NCBI RefSeq assembly: GCF_009914755.1
Contig: NC_060927.1
From: the human T2T-CHM13v2.0 reference genome, Homo sapiens
Reading direction: 5' to 3' (one strand)
DNA length: 64,000 nucleotides
This document shows positions 1 through 26,569 of the stretch, one piece after another (positions within the stretch are counted from its first letter, which is position 1; each line of letters starts with the position of its first letter). A program made the translations under genes and the position numbers. The notes under the pieces are model-generated. The model was not told the origin of the DNA, searched no databases, and saw only the letters and a list, made by a program, of their open reading frames with translations.

Positions 1-3000
1 GCTCCCAGAGAAAGAGACAGGCTGCCATTTGTGCTGTTTTGTAGCCTTCACTGGTGACATCACCAGGTTCTGGAAAATCCAAGGTGATTTGGGACTGGAG
101 TGGGTCCCAGGCATACCACAGCAGCCCTATGAAAATTAGCTAGACTGTTACATGGGTGGCTGTTCCCATATCTTCTCACTGGGCAGGTCCTCCAGGCCTG
201 GGCCTCCAGCCATCCACCACAAGAGCTATAGAGCCAGTACCAACTCAGCAACTTTCTGGACAGAGCCTCCAGGGGCAACTGGAAGCCTCTCTGCCACTGC
301 CTCTGCAGTCGAACTGCCCTTGCCACCCTTGAACTAACAAAGGAACAAACATCATAAATGCTTTATCCACACCTCCAACAAGTTGCAGTCAGCCCAAGGA
401 GAGGAGACCAATCCATCTCACATGAGTCCCACACACCCCCCATGGCTTATCACCAGACAGGGAACCCCTGGCTTGGGCCCACAGTACAAACTCTTCATCT
501 TGAGCTGACAGCACTGAGTGATTGCTAACCTCCATCTCTCTGGGATGGAGCCCCCAGCAGTCAAGCAAACAACCCTCAGCCACAATCACTACTAAGATCT
601 CTTTCTCTGCTGCTGCTAAGCTAGGGAAAGAACACAAACACTGAGATCACCCTAGAGCTGCAGTAGGCAGCCCAAGAGTGCCAAGTTGTGAACTACAGCC
701 AGTACTCAAGGGGGAGAGGGGGCCACACTTTCAGAGCACTGAGAAGGAACATGGCTGCAACTTTGAGGAAACATATGGAAGCCACACAACCAAACAAGAG
801 TCTACCAACTGGCCAATAGCTGAAGTGTTACCTGCTGGATCACACCCCAAAGCTTCAACACCAAAAATACCTCACTAACATACCCTCATCTAAAACCAGA
901 GACAAAAAGTCAACTTCAAATAAAACCCTACAAAAGTTTTGGTCCAGTGAAAACATCCAGAAAGGAAGTCTATTGACTATACTCAATCTACACTGCAGTT
1001 AAAGGAACAATCACAGACATAGATGAGAAAGAACCAGCACAAGAACTCTGGTAACTCAAATGGCCAGAATGTCATATGTCTTCTAAATGACTGCACAGGT
1101 TCTCTAACAAGAGTTCTTAACCAGGTCAAACTGGCTGGAATGACAGAAAAAGAATTCAGAATATGGATAGAGATGAAGATCACTGAGATTCAGGAGGACT
1201 GCAAAACCCAATCCAAGAAAAATAAGAACCACAATAAAGTGATACAGGAACTGAAGCATGAAATAATTGGTACAAAAAAGAACCTAATGGGTCTGACAGA
1301 GCTGAATAACATAATACAAGAACTTCACAACGCCATCAAGTATTAACAGCAGAATAAACCAAGCTGAAGAAAGAACATCAGAACTTGAAGACTGGTTCTC
1401 TGAAATAAGACAGTCAGACAAAAAATAAATTAAAAAAAAGAATGAACAAAACCTCTGAGAACTATGGGATTATATAAAGAGGTCAAATCTAGGAATCACT
1501 GGCATCCAGGAAGGGGAAAGGGAGAAAGCAAACAACTTGGAAAATGTATTTCAAGATATAGCTCATAAAATTTCCCCAACATTGCTGGAGGAGCCAAGAA
1601 TCAAATTCAGAAAATACAGAGAAGTCTTACAAGATTTATAGAAGAAGATCAACCCCAAGACACATAATCATCAAATTTTCCAAGGTCAAAATGAAAGAAA
1701 GAATGTTAAAGGCAGCTAGAGAGAAAGGGTAGGTCACCTACAAAGGAATTCCCATCAGGCTAAGAACAGACCACTCAGCTGAAACCCTACAAGCCAAAGG
1801 AGATTGGGGTTTATATTCAACATTCTTAAAGAAAAAAATTTCTATCAAAAGTTTAATATCCAGCCAAACTAAGATTCTTAAGTGAAGGAGAAATAAGATC
1901 GTTTTCAGATAAGCAAATGTTGAGGGACTTCATTACCAACAGACCTGACTTATAAGAGATCTTGAAAGGAGCAGTAAATAGAGAAAGGAAAGACCACTAC
2001 CTGATATTATATTACAAACACACACTTGAACACGTAGAGCAATGTCACTGTAAAACAACCACACAAACAAGCCAAACTAATAACCAGCTAACAGCACAAT
2101 GACAAGATTAAATCCACAAATATCAATACTAACCTTAAATGTAAATGAGCTAAATGCCCTCACTTAACAGGCATAGAGTAGCAAGCCGGATAAAAAACCA
2201 AGACCCAGTGATATGCTGTCATCAAGACATCCAGCTCACACATAATGACACACAAAGGCTCAAAATAAAAAGATGGAGAAAAATCTACTAAGCAAATAGA
2301 AAACAGACAAAAGCAGGGGTTGCAATCCTAATTTCAGTCAAAACAGGTTTCAAACCAACAAAGTTAAAAAAAAAAAAAAGACAAGGAAGGGCGTCACATA
2401 ATAGTAAAGAGTTCAATTCAAACAGAAGACCTAACTATTCTAAATATATGTGCATCCAACACAGAAGCAGCCAGGTTCATAAAGCAAGTTCTTACAGACC
2501 TACAAAGGGACATAGACTCCCACACAATAATAGTGGGAGACTTCACCATTCCACTGATAATATTAGATAGGTCATCAAGGCAGAGAATTAACAGATATTC
2601 AGGACCTAAACCCAGCATTGGACCAAATGGATCTGATGGACCTTTAGAGAAGTCTCCACCCAAAAACAACAGAATATATATTTCTTTCGTTGCTACATAG
2701 CACATGCTGTAAAATTGACACAATTAGGCATAAAACAACCCTCAACAAATGTGAAAGAACCAAAATCATATCAAACATACTCTCAGATCATAGCACAATA
2801 AAAAAGGAAGTCAACACAATGAAAATCACTCAAAACTATACAATTACATGGAAATTAAACAACATGCTCCTGAATGACATTTAGGTAGATAATGAAATTA
2901 AGGCAGAAATCAAGAAGTTGTTTGAAAATAATAAGAACAAACATACAACATACCAGAATTTCCAGGACACAGCTAAGCCAGTGTTAAGAGGGAAATTCAC

Positions 3001-3182
3001 ACACTAAAATGCCCATATCAAAAAGTTAGAAATATCTCAAATTAACAACCTAACTTCACAATTGAAAGAATTAGAGAACCAAAAACAAATCAAACCCAAA
3101 GCTAGCATAAGACAAAAAATAACAAATATTAGAGCAAAACTGAAGGAAACTGAGACCCAAAAAACCATTCAAAAGACCAATA

Positions 3183-3805
<623 letters not shown>

Positions 3806-4267
3806 TTAATAAAATAGGCCACTAGCTAGACTAATTAAGAAAAAAAGAGAAAAGAGACAAACACAATTAGAAATGATGATGGGAATGTTACTACTGACCC
3901 CACAGAAATAAAAACAACCATCAGAAATTCTACAAACACAAACTAGAAAACCTAGAAGAAATGGATGAATTCCTGGACACATATATCCTCCCAACACTGA
4001 GCCAGGGAGAAACTGACTCCCTGAACAGACCAATAATGAGCTCTGAAATTGAATCAGTAATAATAAATAGGCTAGCAACCAAATAAAAGCCCAGGACCTG
4101 ATTCACAGTCAAATTCTACCAGATGTAGGAAGAACTAGTACCATTTCTACAGAAACTATTCCAAATAATTAAAGTGGAAGGATTTCTCCCCAACCTATTC
4201 TGAGGCCAGCATCATCTTGATATCAAAACCTGGCAGAGAAACAACAAAAAAATAAAATGTCAGGCCA

Positions 4268-4700
4268 GGGCACCCCACTGTCTGGGAAGTAAGGAGTGCC
4301 TCTGCCCAGCTGCCACCCCGTCTGGGAAATGAGGAGTGCCTCTGCCTGGCCGCCACACCATCTGGGAAGTGAGGAACTTTTCTCCCTGGCTTCCCCAAAG
4401 TCTGGGAAGTGCAGAGCGCCCCTGCCCTGCAACCCACCATCTGGGAAGTGAAGAGCGCCTTTGCCTGGCCACCGCACCATCTAGGAAGTGAGAAGCGCCT
4501 CTACCCAGCCACCCCACCATCTGGGAAGTGAGGAGCACATCTGCCTGGCTGCCCCACCATCTGGGAAGTGAGGAGCGCCTCTGCCCGGCTGCTGTGCAAC
4601 CCTCCAAGTGTGAAGTGGCAGCCTTGTGTGTGATCTTTCTGCCCTCCCCAAGTTTGCATTTTTGACATTAAAGTTTACTTTTAAATTAAAAAAACAAAAA
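4268..4700 (+). mobile_element. SVA2 element (VNTR + unique 3' tail + polyA)
   Basis: Eight ~40-bp units (TCTGGGAAGTGAGGAGCGCCTCTGCC core), then TGTGCAACCCTCCAAGTGTGAAG..., ATTAAA at 4667-4672 and an A tail; no SINE-R. Confidence 0.8.
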
Positions 4701-4960
4701 GATCCTTGATGAACATGAATGCAAAAATCCTCAACAAAATACTTGCAAACCAAATCCAGCAGCACATCAAAAGCTAATCCACCATGATTAGCTAGGCTTC
4801 ATCTCTGGGATGTAAGTGTGGTTCAACATACAAAAAGCAATAAATGTGATTCATCAAATAAACCAAACTAAAGACAAAAACCAAATGATAGTCTTAATAA
4901 ATACAGAAAAGGCCAAGATATGATATCAATTTAGGCTTTGAACAACAGATAAATGGATTT

Positions 4961-11193
<6,233 letters not shown>

Positions 11194-12120
11194 AAATGGA
11201 TTTTTTAAAGTGGTATATATATACACATACACAATTGAATACTATTCCACCATAAAAAAAAAGAATAAAATCCTGTCATTCATGGCAATATGGATGGAAC
11301 TGGAGGATATTATGTTAAGTCAAATAAGCCAGAAATACTGAGACAGATGGGCCTGTAAAGTAATAAGGCCAGACACAGCGGCTCATATCTGTAATCCCAG
11401 CACTTTCAGAGGTCAAGGTGGGAGGATCACTTGAGCCCAGGAATTTGAGACCAGCCTGGGCAACAGAGGAAGACCCTGTCTCTACAAACGACAGGGTGGC
11501 CAGGCCTGGTGGTGCATGCCTATAGTCCTATCTACTCAGGAGGCTAAAGTATGAGGACTGTTTAAACCCAGAAGGTTGAGGCTACAGTGAGCCATAATCA
11601 CACCCCTGTACTCTGGCCTGAGGGACAGAGTGAGGTCCTGTCTTAAATAATAATAATAATAATCATCATCATCATCATTATCATTATCATCATCAACATC
11701 ATCATTACCTAGAAACAGAAAATTGAACACTGCATATTTTTACCTATGTATGGAAGCTTAAAAAGGTTGATTTCATGTAAGTTAAAAGTAGAACAGAGGA
11801 TACTAGAGTTTGGGAAGAGTAGGGAGAAGGGAGGGATAGGGAGAAGTTTTTCAGGGATACAATTACAGTGAGATAGGAGGAATAAGTTTCAGTGTTCTAT
11901 TCCACTGAATTACTATAGGTAACAATACATTATTATGTAGTTTCAAATAGCTACAAGTAGAACATTGAACATTGCCAAAACAAAGAAATGATAAATGTTT
12001 GAGATGATAAATATGCTAATTACTCTGATCTGATTACTGTACATTATATGCATTGAAATATCACTATGTTTACCATGAATATGTACAATGGTTGTCAATG
12101 AAAAAAATTAAAATATTACA
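11194..12120 (+). mobile_element. L1MA-type 3' end (continues 4914-4960), interrupted by AluJ
   Basis: Similarity to the L1MA ORF2 end and 3'UTR on both sides of the inserted minus-strand L1. Confidence 0.7.
11367..11710 (+). mobile_element. AluJ with (TAA)n(CAT)n microsatellite tail
   Basis: AluJ-type GAGGATCACTTGAGCCCAGG; trinucleotide tail ~11646-11707. Confidence 0.85.
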
Positions 12121-12307
12121 TAAAGAAACAAAATATTCTTTAATATTATAAAATATAATATGAATGAATGTTCTGTAGTAAATATAATGTTATTTAACAT
12201 TCTTTTAAAAATTGGAAGCAACAAAGATAGCCTTCAATAGGTGAAAATGTGGTACATCCAGACAATGGAATGTTATTCATCAATAAACAGAAATGAACAA
12301 AAAAGCT

Positions 12308-12590
12308 GGCTGGGCACAGTGGCTCATGCCTGTAATTCGAGCACACTGGGAGGCCGAGGTGGGTGAATCACCTGAAGTCAGGAGCTCAAGACCAGCATGG
12401 TCAACATAGTGAAACCCCGTCTCTACTAAAAATACAATAATCAGCTGGCTATGGTGGCAGGTGCTGTAATCTCAGCTACTCAGGAGGCTAAGGCAGGAGA
12501 ATCACTTGAACCCAGGAGGTGGAGGCTGCAGTGAGCCAAGATTGCACTCCAACCTGGGTGACAGAGTGAGACTCTGTCTCAAAAAAAATT
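12308..12590 (+). mobile_element. AluS (Sx/Sz-like)
   Basis: Dimeric Alu consensus with A tail. Confidence 0.88.
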
Positions 12591-15500
12591 AAAAAATAAT
12601 ACAGGATATGGATGAAAAATCTCCAGAGAAATAGATATTATAAATAGAAAACAATCACAACTTCTGGAAATGAAAGACACACTTAGAGAAAGGCAAAATA
12701 TACTGGAAAGTTTCAAGAATACAAGCCAACAAATAGAAGAAAGAATTTCAGAGCTCAAAGACATGGCTTTTAAATTAATCCAATCTGACAAAGCCAAAAA
12801 AAGAGGAATTTTTTTTAAAAATGAGCAAAGCCTCTAAGAAGTGTGGAATTACGTTAAACAACTAAATCTAAGAATAATTGGTGTTCCTGAGGAAGAAAAG
12901 AAATCTAAAAGTTTGGGAAATGTCTTTGAGGGAATAATTAAGGAAACCTTCCCTGGCCTTGTTACAGGTCTAGACATCCAAATACAAGAAGTTCAAAGAA
13001 CACCTGGGTAATTCATCACAAAAAGATTATCACCTAGGTACATAGTCATCAGGCTATCTAAGGTAAACATAAAAGAAAGAGCCTTAACAGCTGTGAGGCA
13101 AAAGCATCAGGTAACCTATAAAGGGGAACCTATCAGATTAACAGCAGATTTCTCGGCAGAAACCCTACAAGCTAGAACGGATTGGCGTTCTATCTTTAGC
13201 CACCTTAAACAAAATAATTATCAGCCAAGAATGTCATATCCAGCAAAACTAAGCTTCATAAATAAAGGAGGAATAAAGTCTTTTTCAGAAAAACGAATGC
13301 TGAGAGAATTCACCACTACCAAGTCACCACTACAAGAAATGATAAAAGAATTCCAAATCTTGAAAGAAAAGCTCAAAACACACCAAAATAAAACTTCCTT
13401 AAAGCATAAATCTCACAGGGCCTATAAAACATAACACAATGGAAAAAGAAAAACAAAATGTTCAAACAACAACTAGCATGATGAATAGAATAGTATCTCA
13501 AATCTCAATACTAACATTGAATGGAAATGGCTTAAATGAGCCACTTAAAAGATATAGAATGGCAAAATGGATAAGAATTCACCAACCAAGTATCTGCTTT
13601 CTTCCAGAGACTCACCTAACACATGACTCACATAAACGTAAGAGAAAGGGGAGGAAAAGATATTCCATGCAAATGGACACCAAGAGTGAGAAGGAGTAGC
13701 TAGTCAATGTCAGACAAAACAGACTTCAAAGCAATAACAGTTAAATGTTAATGTCAATGTCAGACAAAACAGACTTCAAAGCAATAACAGTTAAAAAACA
13801 AAAAAAAATTAAAAAATTAAAAAGCAGCAACAGTTAAAAAAGACAAATATAATGATAAAAGGACTAGTTCAACAGGAAAATATCATAATCTTTCACCTAA
13901 CACTAGAGCGTCCAAATTAATAAAACATATATGCATCTAACACTGAAGCTCCCAAATTTGTAAAGCAATTACTACTAGACCTAAGAAATAAGATAGACAG
14001 CAACACAATAATAGTGGAGGGACTTCAATGCTCCACTGACAGCACTAGACAGTTCATAAAGACAGAAAGTGAACAAAGAACAAATGGACTTAAACTATAC
14101 CCTAGAAAAAAATGGACTTAACAGATATTTACAGAACATTTTACCCAACAACTGCAGAATGTATCTTCTATTCATCAGCACATGGAATATTCTCCAAGAT
14201 ACATGATATCATAGGCCACAGAACAAACCTTAATAAATTTAAGAAAATCAAAATTATATCAAGTACTCCCTCAGACCACAGTGGAATAAAATTGGAAATC
14301 AACTTCAAAAGGAACCCTCAAAATCAGGAAAATACATGGAAATTAAATGATCTGTTCATGAATGATGTTTGGGTCAGCAATGAAATCAAGATGAAAATTT
14401 AAAAATTCTTTGAACTGAACGATGATAGTGACAAAATCTATCAAAATCTCTGCAATACAGCAAAAGCAGTGCTAAGAGGAAAGTTCATAGCATTAAATGC
14501 CTACATCAAAAAGTCTGAAAGAGCACAAATAGACAAGCTAAGGTCACACCTCAGGGAACTAGAGAAACAAGGACAAACCAAACCCAAACACAGCAGAAGA
14601 AAATAAACATCAAAGCAGAAATAAATAAAATTGAAACAAAACAAACAATACAAGAGATAAAAGAAATGAAAAGCTACTTCCTTGAAAAGATAAATAAAAC
14701 TGATAGATCATTAGCAACATTAACCAAGAAAAGAAGAGAGAAGAGCCAAATAAACTTTATTAGAAATGAAACTGGAGGTACTACAACTGATACCACAGAA
14801 ACACAAAAGATCATTCAAAGCTACTATGAATACCTTTATGCACACAAACTAGAAAACCTAGAGGTGATGGATAAATTCCTGGAAATGTACAAACCTCCTA
14901 AATTAAGCCAGGAAGAAATAGAAACTCTCAACAGACCAATAACAAGCAATGAGATTGAAAAAAAAAAAAAACTGCCAACAAAACAAAGTCCAGGGCCAGA
15001 TGGATTCACAGCTGAATTCAATCAGACAATCAAGGAAGAGGTGGTACTACTGAAACTATTCCAAAAAATAGAGGGAGAATCCTCCCTAAATCATTATATA
15101 AACCCATATTATCCTAATACCAAGACCAGGAAGGGACGTAACAACAACAACAAAAAAACAAAACAAACAAAAAAAAAACTACAGACCAATATCCTTGATG
15201 AACTTAAATGCAAAAAATCCTTAACAAAATACTAGCTAAACAAATCCAACAGCATTTCAAAAAGATAATTCACCATGATCAAGTGTGTTTTATACCAGGG
15301 ATGCAAGGATGGTTTAACATACTCAAGTCAATAAATGTGACACATCACATAAACAGAATTAAAAATAAAAATTATATGATCATCCCAACAGATGCAGAAA
15401 AAGCAGTTGACAAAATCCAGCATCGCTTTATGATTAAAACCCTCAGCAAAATCAGCAGAGAAGGGGCATACCCTAATGTAATAAAAGCCATCTATGGCAA

Positions 15501-17109
15501 ATCCACAGCCAACATTATGCTCAATGGGAAAAGTTGAAAGCATTCTCCCTGAGAAATGGAATAAAAGAAGAATGCCAACTTTCACCACTTCTATTCAACA
15601 TAGTAATGGAAGTCCTAGCCAGAACAATCAGACAAGAGAAAAAAATAAAGGGCATCCACACCAGTAAAGAGGAAGTCAAACTGCTGCTGTTTGCCAATGA
15701 TATGATTGTATACCTAGAAAACTCTAAAGACTCATCCAAAAAGCTCCTAGATCTGATTAATAAATTCAGTAAAGTTTCAGAATACAAAATTGATGTAATC
15801 AGTAGCACTGCTATACATCAACAGCAACCAAGCTGAGAATCAAATCAGGAACTTATCCCCTTTAACAGTAGCTGCAAAAAAAATAAAATACTTAGGAATA
15901 TACCTAAGCTAGGAGGTGAAAGACCTCTGCAAGGAAAACTACAAACACTGCTGAAAGAAATCATAGATGGGTTTTTTAAACAAATGGAAACACATCCCAT
16001 ATTCATGGATGGTTAGAATTAATATTGTGAAAATGACCATACTGCCAAAAGTAATCTACAAAATATCATTATCATTCTCCACAGATCTAGAAAAAGTAAT
16101 CCTAAAATTCATATGGAAACAAAAACGAGCCTGCATAGCCAAAGCAAGACTAAGCAAAAAGAACAAATCTGGAGGCATCACATTACCTGACATCAAACTA
16201 TACTGCAAGGCTATAGTCACCAAAAGAGCATGGTGCTGGTATAAAAATAGATAGGCACACAGACAAATGGAACAGAATAGAGAACCCAGAAATAAAGCCA
16301 AATATTATAGCCAACTGATCATCAACAAAGCAAGCAGAAATATGAAGTGGGGAAAGGACACCCTATTCAACAAATGTGCTGGGATATTTGGCAAGCCACA
16401 TGTAGAAGAAGGAAACTGATACTCATCTCTCATCTTACACAAAAATTAACACGAGATGGATCAAAGACTTAAATCTAAGACCTGAAACCATAAAAATTCT
16501 ACAAGATAACATTGGAAAAACTCTTCTAGACATTGGCTTAGGCAAAGGCTTCAGGACCAAGAACCCAAAAGCAAATGCAACAAAAAAAGATAAATAGATG
16601 AGACTTAATTAAACTAAAAAGCTTCTGCACAGCAAAAGAAATAAGCAGCAGAGTAAACAGACTACCCACAGAGTGGGAGAAAATATTCACAAACAATGTG
16701 TCTGACAAAAGACTAACATCCAGAATCTACAAAAAATTCAAACAAATTAGAAAGGAAAAAACAACCCTACAAAAAGTGGGCAAAAGACATGAATAGACAA
16801 TTCTCAAAAGAAGACATACAAATGGCCAACAAATATGAAAAAATGTTCAACATCACTATCAGGGAAATGCAAATTAAAACCACCATGAGATATGACCTTA
16901 CTCCTTCAAGAATGGCCATAATTAAAAAATCAAAAAATAATAGATGTTGACATGAATGTGGTGGAAAGGGAACACTTTTACACTGTGGGTGGGAATATAA
17001 ACTAGTACGACCACTACGGAAAACGGTGTAGAGATTCCTTAAAGAACTAAAAGGAGAACTACCATTTGATTCAGCAATCCCACTACTGGGTATCCAACCA
17101 AAGATAGAA

Positions 17110-18764
<1,655 letters not shown>

Positions 18765-20032
18765 AAAGAATCATTATATGAAAAAAGACACTTGCACATG
18801 CATATGTATAGCAGCACAATTCACAATAGCAAAAATATGAAACCAACCTAAATGCCCAGCAACCAACAAGTGAATGAAGAAAATGTGATATACATACAAC
18901 ATGGAATACTACTCAGCCATAAAAAGAAACAAACTAATGGCATTTGCAGCAACCTGGATTAAGTTGGAGACCCTTATTATAAGTGAAGTAACTCAGAAAT
19001 GGAAAAGCAAACATCGTATGTTCTCACATATAAGTGGGAGCTAAGCTGTGAGGATGCAAAGGCTTAAGAATTATATAATGGAGTTGGGGGACTTGGATGG
19101 AAGAGTGGAGTGGTGGATAAAAGACTACACATCGGGGGAGGAGCCAAGATGGTTGAATAGGAACAGCTCCGGTCTACAGCTCCCAGCGTGAGCGACGCAG
19201 AAGACGGGTGATTTCTGCATTTCCATCTGAGGTACCAGGTTCATCTCACTAGGGAGTGCCAGACAGTGGGCGCAGGCCAGTGGGTGCGCGCACCGTGCGC
19301 GAGCCGAAGCAGGGCGAGGCATTGCCTCACCTGGGAAGCGCAAGGGGTCAGGGAGTTCCCTTTCCAAGTCAAAGAAAGGGGTGACGGACGCACCTGGAAA
19401 ATCGGGTCACTCCCACCCGAATATTGCACTTTTCAGACGGGCTTAAAAAACGGCGCACCACGAGACTATATCCCACACCTGGCTCGGAGGGTCCTACGCC
19501 CACGGAATCTCCCTGATTGCTAGCACAGCAGTCTGAGATCAAACTGCAAGTCGGCAGCTAGGCTGGGGGAGGGGCGCCCGCCATTGCCCAGGCTTGATTA
19601 GGTAAACAAAGCAGCCTGGAAGCTCCAACTGGGTGGAGCCCACCACAGTTCAAGGAGGCCTGCCTGCCATTGTAGGCTCCACCTCTGGGGGCAGGGCACA
19701 GACAAACAAAAAGACAGCAGTAACCTCTGCAGACTTAAATGTCCCTGTCTGACAGCTTTGAAGAGAGCAGTGGTTCTCCCAGCACGCAGCTGGAGATCTG
19801 AGAACTGGCAGACTGCCTCCTCAAGTGGGTCCCTGACCCCCGAGCAGCCTAACTGGGAGGCACCCCCCAGCAGGGGCACACTGACACCTCACAAGGCAGG
19901 GTATTCCAACAGACCTGCAGCTGAGGGTCCTGTCTGTTAGAAGGAAAACTAACAAACAGAAAGGACATCCACACCAAAAACCCATCTGTACATCACCATC
20001 ATCAAAGACCAAAAGTAGGTAAAACCACAAAG

Positions 20033-21049
20033 ATGGGGAAAAAACAGAACAGAAAAACTGGAAACTCTAAAACGCAGAGTGCCTCTCCTCCTCCAAAGGA
20101 ACGCAGTTCCTCACCAGCAACGGAACAAAGCTGGATGGAGAATGACTTCGACGAGCTGAGAGAAGAAGGCTTCAGATGATCAAATTACTCTGAGCTACGG
20201 GAGGACATTCAAACCAAAGGCAAAGAAGTTGAAAACTTTGAAAAAAATTTAGAAGAATGTATAACTAGAATAACCAATACAGAGAAGTGCTTAAAGGAGC
20301 TGATGGAGCTGAAAACCAAGGCTCGAGAACTACGTGAAGAATGCAGAAGCCTCAGGAGCCAATGCAATCAACTGGAAGAAAGGGTATCAGCAATGGAAGA
20401 TGAAATGAATGAAATGAAGCGAGAAGGGAAGTTTAGAGAAAAAAGAATAAAAACAAATGAGCAAAGCCTCCAAGAAATATGGGACTATGTGAAAAGACCA
20501 AATCTACGTCTGATTGGTGTACCTGAAAGTGATGGGGAGAATGGAACCAAGTTGGAAAACACTCTGCAGGATATTATCCAGGAGAACTTCCCCAATCTAG
20601 CAAGGCAGGCCAACGTTCAGATACAGGAAATACAGAGAACGCCACAAAGATACTCCTCGAGAAGAGCAACTCCAAGACACATAATTGTCAGACTCACCAA
20701 AGTTGAAATGAAGGAAAAAATGTTAAGGGCAGCCAGAGAGAAAGGTCGGGTTACCCTCAAAGGGAAGCCCATCAGACTAACAGCGGATCTCTCGGCAGAA
20801 ACCCTACAAGCCAGAAGAGAGTGGGGGCCAATATTCAACATTATTAAAGAAAAGAATTTTCAACCCAGAATTTCATATCCAGCCAAACTAAGCTTCATAA
20901 GTGAAGGAGAAATAAAATACTTTACAGACAAGCTAATGCTGAGAGATTTTGTCACCACCAGGCCTGCCCTAAAAGAGCTCCTGAAGGAAGCGCTAAACAT
21001 GGAAAGGAACAACCGGTACCAGCTGCTGCAAAATCATGCCAAAATGTAA
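20033..21049 (+). pseudogene. L1 ORF1p (338 codons) with one nonsense mutation
   Basis: ATG 20033, TAA 21047-21049; TGA at 20177-20179 (codon 49, CGA in the L1 consensus). Confidence 0.92.
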
Positions 21050-21112
21050 AGACCATCGAGACTAGGAAGAAACTGCGTCAACTGACGAGCAAAATCACCA
21101 GCTAACATCATA

Positions 21113-24937
<3,825 letters not shown>

Positions 24938-26216
24938 ACAATGAGAACACATGGACACAGGAAGGGGAACATCACACTCTGGGGACTGTTGTGGGTTGCG
25001 GGGAGTGGGGAGGGTTAGCATTGGGAGATATACCTAATGCTAGATGACGAGTTAGTGGGTGCAGCGCACCAGCATGGCACATGTATACATATGTAACTAA
25101 CCTGCACGATGTGCACATGTACCCTGAAACTTAAAGTATAATAATAAAAAAAAAAAGACTACACATCGGGTGACAGATACACTGCTTTGGTGATGGGTAC
25201 ACCAAAATCTCAAAAATCACCACTAGAGAATTTATCCATGTAACCAAAAACCACCTGTTTCCCAAAAACTATTGAAATAAAAAAAATTTTTAACCTAAAT
25301 TTAAAATATACAATTCAGAGATAACCCATTTGCTTTTGAGTTCTTGGTCATGAAGTCTTTTCCTAAAGTGACAAGATTTCTGAAGAGGCGAGAGTGGATT
25401 GATTTAGAACACAGCTTCCCTATCTCCTTCCCCACATAGGAAAGGAGAAACTTCCTCTGTGACATAAAGGAGGGAGCAAGGGTTGCCCTAGAGCAGATAA
25501 ATTTGTAGGGCGGATCCCAGGATTTGAAGATGTTTCCATTTGATGATTTCCATTTTCATCATCATGTAGGATACAAGATCCTCCAGAGAGTGGATTAGGG
25601 GGATTGGTTGGGAAAGGAATTTTAAGTACATGGTAAAGGTGTTGTTGCTTCTGAGGTAATGGGAGACAAATGAACTAGGACAAATAGGGTAGATAGTAGT
25701 ATTATGTTGTGTCATCTCCAGCCTTAACTTTATGTACTTTTCCCCCGCTGAAATTTTTTCCTCTGACTCCTCCCAACCACTCGTTCTCAGGATTGACTGC
25801 CTTCTCCATTAGATTTTTCTCCCCTAACCCCAATTACTGTCCTGAATCTGATAAAGTGGTGCACCCATTGAGTTAACAAATCAATCGATCACTCTATAAA
25901 GGTCATCCATTTTTTATTTAAATAAAATTTTAAAAACAAAAAAAGAAGGAAATGTAAATAAAGTATAGACTTTAGTTAATAATAATATTTCAATATTGGT
26001 TTATTAATTGTAACCAATGTACTTTACTAAAGTAAGAAGTTAGTAATTGGGGAAACTGGGTGTAGGGCACTATTTTCTGTAAACCTAAAGCTGTTCTAAA
26101 GTTAAAAGTTTATTTTTTAAAACAAAGTGAATATTACCGAGAGAGAGAGTAGGAGAGAACACATGTGCACACACCTGGAGTGTAAATAGAAAAACATCTA
26201 TATGAACTATGAGTAT

Positions 26217-26569
26217 TGTATTAGTCCATTTTCATGCTGCTGATAGACGTACCCGAGACTGGGAAGAAAAAGAGGTTTAATTGGACTTATAGTTCCACAT
26301 CGCTGGGGAGTCCTCAGAATCATGGCAGGAGACAAAAGGCACTTCTAACACTGCAGTAGCAAGAGAAAAATGAGAAAGAAGCAAAAGCAGAAACCCCTGA
26401 TAAACCCATCAGATCTCGTGGGACGTATTCACTGTCATGAGAATAACACGGAAAAGACTGGCCCGCATGATTAAATGACCTCCCCCTAGGTCCCTCGCAC
26501 AACACGTGGGAATTTTGGGAGATACAATTCAAGCTGAAATTTGGGTGGGGACACAGCCAAGCCATATCA
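26217..26569 (-). mobile_element. THE1 (THE1C-like) MaLR LTR, 3' LTR
   Basis: 353 bp; minus-strand termini TGATATGGCTTGGCTGTGTCCCCACCC...GACTAATACA. Confidence 0.85.

Noticed and set aside
4281-4590. Regularly spaced ~40-bp repeats resembling a CRISPR array
   Set aside because: The units are similar over their full length, there are no unique spacers or cas genes, and the context is primate; this is the SVA-type VNTR.
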